From: Spizellomyces punctatus DAOM BR117
Taxonomy: Eukaryota
Length of the DNA: 64,000 bases
NCBI GenBank assembly: GCA_000182565.2
Contig: KQ257460.1
Direction: 5' to 3' (one strand)
The notes below the pieces were generated by a model. That model made no database searches. It saw only the letters and a program-made list of their open reading frames with translations, and was not told the DNA's origin. Positions 38,135 to 47,646 of this stretch are shown here, one piece after another; position 1 is the first letter of the stretch, and each line of letters opens with the position of its first letter. A program made the position numbers and the translations under genes.

Positions 38135-39247
38135 TGTTTACAGGTGTGTTTGCCTTATTTAATTCTGTTTTTTATTATGATGCTAATATAACCCTCCCTA
38201 TTCAAGTGACACTATCTGAAATACCAATCTACGAACTTTTTGCCTTGAGGATACAAGTGGACATTAGAATCTAGATGTTACCTTTCACATTCTGTTAAAT
38301 CTAAAATGTCAACTATAAGTTCCTTGATTCGCTCTACCTTCCCATCACTGTCCTCTTTTCAAAAATGGCATCTGTTAAACATCCATTTGAAGCGCCATAC
38401 ACACAGCATCACAGTACCAGCTTACAAAAAACCGGCCACCGAACCTTCTTCCGAAAGGACACATCCCCACACCCGGCAGCGAGGTACACTCTGACTGAAT
38501 TACAACGTACTATCATCTAATCGGATCTTTTGGCCAAAAAAATTCAAGCTGGAAGGAAGGAACTAGCTGCCACGTTGTATCAAAAAAGTCAACAGCTTCT
38601 CGTCACCACCCAAAAAATGTAGTTGTTAAACTGACTTTAGTGCAAGTCAGAGTCGTCGGTGCTCTGCCTAATATCTCCCGACCGACACTGACACAGTTTC
38701 ATCATATTGGACAGCGAGTCGAAAGCCAAATCATGCTTATAAAGTCATGGAAAAGAGCTTGTTCATCGTCGCCTGATGCGGGATCCTGATGCAACCAACA
38801 TCGGCGACCCGTGTTACTTCTCAAACCCCCATGTAATTTATTGTTGAAGCGGTGCGGATATTCCTCGCATCCTACACCATCTTGAGGTGACATGTACAGG
38901 ATCGTACCTGCTTACTGCGATAAGGCCCAGCATCTTGGTCAATTGTCGCAAGGCCGAGCGAGAGCCATCAGGCAACGAATTGCATTCAGCCAAAAATCCA
39001 GAGTACTTGGACCGCCGTGAGGGTAGTCAGTAAGGTCATCCACCTTGCAAACATCTGCGGCGTCATTCAACAGGGTATGACTGCAGAATCCACCTTGATA
39101 GTATAGTGAGATGCGGCAAAGATACGGCTTGCAAAATAAGAGGGATCAATTCATTTTATTGATAAATAAACATCAGCGTAGGCAGGGTAATTCTATAATT
39201 CAAACAGAGAACAACGGTGGTCGGCCACACTAAATATGTCCACACAA

Positions 39248-42200
39248 CTAATATACTTCAAGGATGTATCGCTCCTCTTCCTTCAACGCCTCCAATAATT
39301 CCGTCGCCTCAGCCTTGGTCATCTCACTCTCAAACGCCTTCACAAGCGCATCTCTCACGTCCGGCACGGGCCAAGTAGGTCCACAAAGGTAGAAAGCACC
39401 CTTTTCCTTCAACATCAATCGACCGAGCAACTCAGTGTCCTCTGTAATCTTGTGCTGAATGTACACCTTTTGTTTCTGGTCACGAGAGAAAGCGAGACGC
39501 AAGTATGTCAAAAGCCCATCCGCGTGATAGGCTTCCATTTCCTCGCCGTACAGATATTCCATTGCACGGTGGCGCGATCCAAAGTAGAGGACCATTGGAC
39601 CAACTTTCTTGCCCTGCGCCTTCCAGTAGGCACGTTCTTCAATGAAAGCACGGAAGGGCGCCATACCCGTTCCGAGACCCGACATGATCACGGGTTGGGT
39701 GAGTGATGGAGGAAGCTTCATAACGGATGGCTTGATGGTGACTGTAAGGGTTTGTCCAATGGCTGCATCGACAAGGTACCGGGTACATTGACCGAATCGC
39801 TCTTTGCCGGACTTGGTACGCCAGTCAACGAGAACAACTAGAAGGTGTACACTGTCAGGGTGCATGCTTTGCGCGGACGAGATCGAGTAGTGACGTGGTT
39901 TGATAGCGGGAATAAGATTCACAAGGTCTTCAACAGGTGGGTGGCAGGAGTCAAATTTGACTAACAAGTCGGCGTAGGTGGGCGTTTCATTGTCCGTAAA
40001 CTTCTGCATGGCGTCCGCATCCGAAAGAAGATTGTGAATCTCCTCGTGTTGCTTAGGGTCTTTGGTGTATCCTAGCATTGCCTGGTAGAATTTTCGACCA
40101 GGCTTACCAAAAACGTCCAAAACCTGCGTGAACATTTGCGCAATGGTGCGAACTTCCGATGTGCTTTCACCGTCAGCCGTCTTGCGGTCAACGTACACAA
40201 CGTCCAGAGGGTTGACACCATAAAATTTAAGGAAACGTTCCACTTCAGCAACATCATTATGTCCATGAACTCCCAAGGCTTCTCCAATGGCATACTTGAG
40301 CCCAGTCCCCTTGATATCCATTTCAATGTGGAAAACATTCCTGTCGTAGGTATCAGGGGTGACACGACGATTCTCTGTCACCTTGATTTGATAGGCACCT
40401 TCGATATCCGGACGGAGTTTCTTCTCCACCTTGTAAGCTTCAGGAAAGATGACGGGCCAAATGGCGGCATGGCTTTTAACAACACGCGCCGTAGTTTCCT
40501 CCTCTTCTTCGACCAGGGGCAATTTTGCAAATGGTAGAGAGTTAGCGACCAGGTTGGGAAGGGAAGCCTTCGCCTCAGGGGTCGGAATATTTTTCAGGGT
40601 GACGTGCTGAATCTTGCTCAATGCCCGCTGGATGGCACCGAGCTTCGTCACGATAACACTGCGATCCGTCTCTGACTGAGTGACGTGCTCACCCAAACGC
40701 CTGAGAGTAGCAGGGAAGTCGATACCCGGAGCAACCTTCAGGAAGACCGCCTGGAGAATCAACTTCACATACTCGGTGTGAACACCCTTGAATAGCGTGA
40801 AATCCTTGGCGATGCCGTTGGCGTCGACAGTTAGCACGTCAATCTTGCGTCGAGAAATCTCACTTTTGATCACATCCGGAACTTCTTTGGCTAGATCATC
40901 GCCGGCGAGGTGAGTGTTCAAGACTAGGGAGCCACCATGCTTCACGCTCTGGGCGACGTTATAACGTTGAAGCAGCGACAAATCATGGACAGCAGCATAG
41001 TCTGCCGAGTGAATGAGATGGGGCGCCGTGACATTCGAAGTGCCATAACGAAGATAAGTGACGCTAGCAGGATCAATCTGAGTATCATCATGGGCGGTGT
41101 AACTCTGAACCGCCACCTGAGGGCCATGCTCCATATCGGCAACAATCTCGGTGCTAACTGCTGAGGTGTGCGACTCCTGAAGATCCCAAAATACCGCTTG
41201 AGAAACACCTTCTGCAACATAACGTGCATCTGCCTCAGGCTCCACTGTCTTGCTTTCAAGGACAAAGTCAAAGATTGGGTTGGGGGACGCTGCGTTCCGA
41301 AAGAGTTCTTCGACAGCTGCGGGATGGAAATTCTGAATGCCAGCAGCGAAGTGCCCGTTGATGATCGCAGGTATACGGCCTGACCAATGACCTGTGTAGA
41401 AGCAAGCTGTGACATCGAGGAACAAGGGCCCATGTCCACTTCCGGCTTTGCCAGATTGATCGATGACCGCCAATCTCTTGACACTCTTGGGAAGGGCGTT
41501 GACGAAGTGTACGGCAGACCATGGACGGAGCAAGCGGATGTTAAGAACACCCACTTTAGCACCCTGGTGATTCAAGCGTGTGGCAGCCTCCTGAGCGAGT
41601 GCCGCAGCCGGACCCATCGTGACAACTACGGTCTCAGCATCGGGAGCTCCGCTGTATTCAAAGAGCTTGTATCGACGACCAAAAGCGTGTTCGAGTTTGT
41701 TCATTGCGTCCTCCACAGCATGCACAAGGTCCCGACTGTCTGCAGGCACTTGTGCAACATGTTCAAGGTCCTTGTATTCAATGACCTTAGCCTTCACAGT
41801 TTCCCTCGCAATCCGGGCACCATCGAAGAAGTGTAGAATTGGCGTTTTGGCCGAGTCTGCCGCAACATGAGCAACGATGGCGAGATCATGAGCTTCTTGA
41901 ACGCTTGCAGAGTTCAAGAGACCAAATCCAGTGTAGGAGGCAGCGATGATGTTGGAGTAATCCGTGATAACAGAGAACTCGTTCGTGATACTTTGGGCAG
42001 CAACGTGAAATACGACTGGTTGACGTGCGTGGGCAATTTGATACATGGAGGGAATCATCAATGGAAGAGCTTCAGAGGAAACAACCGCTGTGACCTTTGC
42101 ACCAGTAGAGATTGCTCCGTGAACCGCGCTCGCTGCTCCAGAACGCGTGCTCATCGTGGCCACCTTGTGCGATTGTCCATATGCATTTGCGACGGCGTGA

Positions 42201-43903
42201 TCAGCCCAAGTTATCATCTCTTCACCAACGTATCCCGACGTCGCAACAGGGTAGATGAATGATAGGTCGGTCAAGCCGTACGCCACATGAGATGCGGCTG
42301 TGTGGCCATTAATGCATTTGACAGTTCCAATGCGTTCGGACGCTACGGCTTTTTTCTCGGTGATAGCAGAGTACGCAGAGAACGGTTTGGCCTCGGTGCT
42401 AGGCCGCGACACAGGAACTGACGTGACCTGGGAAGTTTTGGCGACGTGCTGCAAAGGTTGTGCTCTATCGAGCTGGACCACCCGCCCAATAATCAAAGTT
42501 GCCAAACCGACGAAGTTTGCTTTCCGCGCTAGTGCGGCGATCGTGGAAACAGTAGCCTTCAGGGTCGAATTCCCCTGGGCAACGGCAACAGGAAGGTCTT
42601 CTGGATAACCATTCTGCAACAGCACCGCTGCTACATTCTGCAGATGCGCTGTGTCCACTGAGGCTACAACCGTTGCTGAGCTACGGTAGGTTGGGTACGC
42701 ATGCGATCCCGATTTCACCAATACAATGTTATCAGCAACTCCCTCAGCTGTCAGCGATATTCCGGTAAGAGATGGCACGGCAAATGCAGACGACATCCCA
42801 GGCATGATTTGCGCTTCGAAACCATTTCGACGGAAAAAGCCAACTTCGTCTGCTGCCCCACCGAACACGAGTGCATCACCAGACACCAAGCGTACAACGT
42901 CATTTCCGCGCTTGAGGGAAATCAATGCAACTTCCTCCAATTGTGCCTCCAAAGCCGAGCGTTTGTTGGTTGGCGTCAATACGATAAGCTGACCGGTTAC
43001 AACTTCAAGGATATCTTGGGACACGTCAGGGTCAGCTACAACGACATCAGCGGAGTTGATGGCATTGTATGCTGCTCTCGTCAACAACTCTACATCACCC
43101 GTTCCCGCACTGACAAAGCGTAGAACACCGCTGCGAACTTTGTAGGGAGCTACCTGTTCACCGCCTTCTTCATAGATCTTTGCAATTCGCTCAATTTCCT
43201 CATTCGTGAGCTCCGCAAGTTTATCAAATGGCCAGGTCTCGGAGATGCGAGTGATAAAGCTCATACGACGCGCGGCGGCTGAAGGATCCGCGGCCCGCAG
43301 ACGCTGTCGCAACACACTGAGACGCTGAATTGCAAGTCCAGCATTTGGTGGAAGCGAGTTCGCGACGTAACGTCTAAGCTTGCCAGCGAGATGTGGTCCA
43401 TTGCCGTTTGTTGAAACGGCAACCTGTAGGGCATGATCACGGTATGTTGACATGAACCAAAAGTCCGATACCTCTGGGGCGTCGGCTACGTTAACGGGAA
43501 CCTTCCTTTGTTTTGAAAGAGCGGCAACGTGTCTCGACCCCTGTGCATTCTCCCATGCTACCAACACCATAGACTTCCCCTCCAAATCCCTCTCTACGAA
43601 ATCTCGGTTAAACCAGGTCAATTCTCCTCTATTGACGCGAGCCCGCAAAGACCCAGACAAGCTGCTCTCTGGTGCGACGAGAGTGACATATGCGTCTGCT
43701 TCAAGGGCGAAAAAAGCTCGTTGAGCGGCTACATCGTTTCCACCAACCACTAGCACATTCCTAGAGGTAAGACAATCAATAAAATGTCCATTCGTCCTTG
43801 AACCACAAAGACATGTCCCATACCTTCCAGCAATACTCCATGCGAGGATAAGGGAAGCCCCGCCGCGCGCGACGGGAGCAGCTTCTTCAGCTGTGAGAAC
43901 CAT
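39248..43903 (-). CDS. Fusion protein: CysG-type siroheme synthase (Met8-like dehydrogenase/chelatase + SUMT-like methyltransferase) joined to a Met10-type sulfite reductase alpha flavoprotein
   Basis: Single 1551-codon ORF with a probable in-frame 63-nt intron 43823..43761. Met8 motifs VLVVGG, PVNVAD..DF, QVAVSTNGNGP; TP-methylase AGTGDVELLT, VVRL..GD..VFG, PGMSSA; PFOR-like GHTAASHVAY..FIYP; FAD/NADPH module IKPRHYSISS, GLGTGMAPFRAF, AFSRDQ..KVYIQH, YLCGP, terminal YILEVY. Confidence 0.92.
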   Translation of the reverse strand: MVLTAEEAAPVARGGASLILAWSIAGRYGTCLCGSRTNGHFIDCLTSRNVLVVGGNDVAAQRAFFALEADAYVTLVAPESSLSGSLRARVNRGELTWFNRDFVERDLEGKSMVLVAWENAQGSRHVAALSKQRKVPVNVADAPEVSDFWFMSTYRDHALQVAVSTNGNGPHLAGKLRRYVANSLPPNAGLAIQRLSVLRQRLRAADPSAAARRMSFITRISETWPFDKLAELTNEEIERIAKIYEEGGEQVAPYKVRSGVLRFVSAGTGDVELLTRAAYNAINSADVVVADPDVSQDILEVVTGQLIVLTPTNKRSALEAQLEEVALISLKRGNDVVRLVSGDALVFGGAADEVGFFRRNGFEAQIMPGMSSAFAVPSLTGISLTAEGVADNIVLVKSGSHAYPTYRSSATVVASVDTAHLQNVAAVLLQNGYPEDLPVAVAQGNSTLKATVSTIAALARKANFVGLATLIIGRVVQLDRAQPLQHVAKTSQVTSVPVSRPSTEAKPFSAYSAITEKKAVASERIGTVKCINGHTAASHVAYGLTDLSFIYPVATSGYVGEEMITWADHAVANAYGQSHKVATMSTRSGAASAVHGAISTGAKVTAVVSSEALPLMIPSMYQIAHARQPVVFHVAAQSITNEFSVITDYSNIIAASYTGFGLLNSASVQEAHDLAIVAHVAADSAKTPILHFFDGARIARETVKAKVIEYKDLEHVAQVPADSRDLVHAVEDAMNKLEHAFGRRYKLFEYSGAPDAETVVVTMGPAAALAQEAATRLNHQGAKVGVLNIRLLRPWSAVHFVNALPKSVKRLAVIDQSGKAGSGHGPLFLDVTACFYTGHWSGRIPAIINGHFAAGIQNFHPAAVEELFRNAASPNPIFDFVLESKTVEPEADARYVAEGVSQAVFWDLQESHTSAVSTEIVADMEHGPQVAVQSYTAHDDTQIDPASVTYLRYGTSNVTAPHLIHSADYAAVHDLSLLQRYNVAQSVKHGGSLVLNTHLAGDDLAKEVPDVIKSEISRRKIDVLTVDANGIAKDFTLFKGVHTEYVKLILQAVFLKVAPGIDFPATLRRLGEHVTQSETDRSVIVTKLGAIQRALSKIQHVTLKNIPTPEAKASLPNLVANSLPFAKLPLVEEEEETTARVVKSHAAIWPVIFPEAYKVEKKLRPDIEGAYQIKVTENRRVTPDTYDRNVFHIEMDIKGTGLKYAIGEALGVHGHNDVAEVERFLKFYGVNPLDVVYVDRKTADGESTSEVRTIAQMFTQVLDVFGKPGRKFYQAMLGYTKDPKQHEEIHNLLSDADAMQKFTDNETPTYADLLVKFDSCHPPVEDLVNLIPAIKPRHYSISSAQSMHPDSVHLLVVLVDWRTKSGKERFGQCTRYLVDAAIGQTLTVTIKPSVMKLPPSLTQPVIMSGLGTGMAPFRAFIEERAYWKAQGKKVGPMVLYFGSRHRAMEYLYGEEMEAYHADGLLTYLRLAFSRDQKQKVYIQHKITEDTELLGRLMLKEKGAFYLCGPTWPVPDVRDALVKAFESEMTKAEATELLEALKEEERYILEVY

Positions 43904-44703
43904 CGCAAAGGTGGTGCGCTGAACAAGCGAAAAAAGGGAATGGGGGAGAAATAAAGTCGGACGGGATGAAAGGCCAAAAGGTCAAAAAGGCCCCAGAATA
44001 AAATATAAAAAAAAAAAACAGCTGCTGCAAAACGTTCTTTTGATGAGTAATGGGCATTTTTAAAAGATCTAATCAAATCCCAATCCAACAAAAATTACGA
44101 ATTCACCATCCAATCAAAATCGGAGCTGATCGCACCATACAATATGCCTAAATATAGATATATGAGATATTATCTAATTTTTAGGTAAGCAACAACTCCT
44201 CACGATCACTTTCATGATCAGTTGGCAAACATCTTCCTCCGTTCAAAGGTTTAATAAAGGTGGGCCGTGCAAAAAACCTAGACGGCACAAGTATTGCATT
44301 TATTTTGATTACTTTATTACGTGTGTCCGAATGACTGCATGTGACGTTGCATGCTGCTGAGTGTCGTCTGTCGTGTTCGCCATGCCCTGCAATTTCCTCC
44401 TTTTGCGATCAGCGATTGCAAATGAGCTCCTGTGCAATATTGGAATGGTATTTAATGAAATATCTACTGAAAAAGTGTGATGCAGATGAAAATCCCTCTG
44501 GACATGACCAAGAAAGACTAGTGAACTATAAATATATCGGAGCATTCCTCGGAAAGAATTTGTTTAATGACGACCCTTAAAATTCTCGACTTGTTCACAA
44601 ATCCAAGCCATCCAATGTTCGGACATTTATCCCAAGATCACATATTCAAACATTTATAACGTATACTTCATGTAGTGTGCAACTCAACACTACAGTTTGT
44701 GCC

Positions 44704-47470
44704 ATGTACTCGAGATCTGAGAGAAAGTTTCTGGCACCCGATGCAGATCATGCGAATCCAAACCTAGGACCAGGCTGCTACACAGCTGATGAGCCAGCCC
44801 TCATCGCAGGAAAGATCCTTGGAAATGAAGGGTAAGATGCTGGTTAAATTGCAAAAATCGTATGCATCGCCAAAGTAGACTGTTCTCTTTAGTTATGCGC
44901 CGTTCTCTTCCCTCACACCTCGAAAGTCCTATTTTGATGATGTCGTTGTTCGAGGTCCAGCCCCAGGAGCATATGCCACCGAAGTACTTCGGTCGGCATT
45001 ACACAATCCTCAAAAAGCACCAGAGTTTGGCAGATCCCAGGTATCGAGATTTGGCAAGATCGTCAGCCAAACGCCAGGACCTGGGACCTATCAACCACCA
45101 GATGGTCTGACTCGAAAAGCTCCTCGACCAGCTCCTAAAGGATTAGAGCAAAGTAGCAGAACACATCCTTTGACTCGGCAACCATTAAAGGGCACCGGCT
45201 GGGGTGTCGTGGGCGAGAGCCCGCCAGCTCATTCGATACCCACCCAAGAGCAAAATGGGACTCCTGATGTGCCACCTGACGCTGGATCCGACGCTCCCCC
45301 GCCTGTACCAGAGAGTTTGCAATCAGCGGAACTGGATTCCTCCACCCCTGCGGTTAGAGGACGGGTAATCCTACAGGGACGTCAATCTGCGCAAACGTCA
45401 CCAGTCGGATCAAGCAGCAAAATTATGTGGAAACGAAAATACGGAGCTCCTAGCATTCCAACCAGCCGATTTGCGTTTGGATTTCAGGAGAATGAAGGTG
45501 TGTCCCATTATATTACTTGATATGAGAGGACCACAAGGCACCTGAACGATTTCCTGACATGAAATTATAGTTGGAGAACTAATTCCGCGCAAACCCCCAA
45601 AACGAACCTTGGATGTATGTATTGAAAACGGAAAGTCAGGCTTCCCATCAACACAACAGTAGCTAATAACCATGATATCCCATAAACAGCCAGGACCGGC
45701 ATATAATACCCTAACATCCTTCGCCGAACTCTCCAAGCACCAACGTCGAGGATACTCTTTTCCTCACTCAAGCGGGACGTCGCGCCTCCAGTTTAAAACA
45801 CTGGAAACTCCTGCGCCGGGCGTATATGAAAATGCCAAGGTTCAGCAATTTTATAAGAGGGGTGAGTCCGGCAATTCAGCTGCTGTCATGACCCTGGCGC
45901 CATGTATCAGGCTTACGGACGAAATTCTGAGCGAATCGAAAAAGAAGGTGAGTGCACGATCAACAAGTATTTCTGTTATGATCTTTCTCCTTAAATCGCT
46001 TCGTGTACTAGAATATCCCAGGACCAGGTTCGTACAATATCAAAACTCCAATCCAAGAAAACCTTGGAAAGCGTCGAGGACGCATAAATTTTGGTGGTGA
46101 GTATGACGGCTAGGACCGCATGATATTTCTGATTGATTCTCTGGTGCACAGCTGGAGGAGGGCACGCACAAGCGGGATACCTAAACCCCGAGCAAACAAA
46201 AACACCTGGGCCTGGAGCTTACTATCCTGAATTTTCTGAAATTCCAAAGGTAAGGGGTGAGTTGTACCGCAAAGCTTCCTAACAGCAGTCGTAACCGTTG
46301 GGCAACGTCGTTCTCAGCCACCAGCCGCAAAGCCGCAACCTTTTGGATCTACCACACACCGCTTCGACAACACCGGCGATATCAGAAGCAAAAGTGCACC
46401 TGCACCTGGAAGTTATGACGTAAATGAGGTAAAGGAATCATAGCCGAGCTGGACAATAGATGGTAATCCTGAAGGCATGTTATTCTTATCGTAGATCGAT
46501 AGCATGGCTCGCCGTATCCAAAAACGTGCTATTGGTGTCCGCGCTGGAGCGTTCGGTTCTGTAAGCGAGCGATTTCCCGCTCCTAAAACGGTGTGTACTA
46601 GTACTCGATGCATCGCACTATATTACTTAACTTCTGTAAAAGAGCGAAACGCCAGGTCCGGGTAGGTATGACGCGAGCGTTCCACCAGCAGCAGACATCC
46701 CAACAGAGGTTCCTGTACGAGCGCTATCAACAGCGAATGCGTCCAGTCGACCCCCAACACGCATCTCACGCCTGATGGGCCAAGGGCCTGGTCACTTCCA
46801 GGTTGGAAATCTATATGTCAACCCGGCAAAGGCGCACATTCCTGTTTTTGGAACGCAGACGGAACGGTTTGGGAATGGTGCGCGGGCAGGTGGGTGACAG
46901 CGTATCATATGCTGACAAAAAGGTATCCAAGGTTGATCCGCCGGATATCCATGTGTAGACCTACCGCCACCAGGCGCTTACGACGTTGCTGAATCTTTTG
47001 ATGCCCTTCAATCCAAACATCGAACGCCAAAGACAGGGGGAATGGTCAGCGGAAGCGTACGCGAGGTGTTCCCAGGTGGGTAGGAACGGGAAATGACTGT
47101 TCGGGAAAACCTAGCCTAATCCCGCCCCCCTTCCGCTACATGGCTTTAGTTAAAGAGAGAATTCCCGGACCAGGTGAATATGAGCCTCTAACCATTCCTA
47201 AAAGAGAAATGCGACGAACAGATGTGGGTGGCTTTCTGACGACGGTAGGTCTGCAACGAATCTCGCAAATTATCCTTGTAGTCTCAAACGCACGCTGTTC
47301 AGGATGAGCGGTTCAAAGAAGGCCATAACAACATCCCTGGCCCTGGAGCGTATCTGTCACCAGATGCAAACACTGGACTCCTGCGGAAAACATACAACAT
47401 CACATTGACGGAATGGGGTAGACGGCAAGTGGCGGCAGCTGCATCTCATGGCGGAATTCCCGTGGTTTGA
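44704..47470 (+). CDS. Sperm-tail PG-rich (SHIPPO) repeat axonemal protein, STPG2-like
   Basis: Starts MYSRSERKF...NLGPGCY; many PGPGxY/PAPGxY repeats over >10 short exons; APSIP..FGFQE motif; near-terminal LLRKTYNITL. Confidence 0.8.
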
Positions 47471-47646
47471 TGCTGTAGCCATATGTCGATTGTAGAGAAT
47501 GTACAGATATGGGAACCAGGAGACGTGTTTCTAGCATTATCAAATACCGCACCCGGACTACTTCATTCAAAAAATATCAGATAGTTTATTACGTGACGTG
47601 AATGACAAGCGGGAAGGTATTGCCATCGATCCATTCTTTACTCATA

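Noticed and set aside
38500-39100. Moderately GC-rich stretch downstream of the sulfite reductase fusion that might be a gene relic
   Set aside because: Only short frames; no motif, repeat or splice structure I can support.
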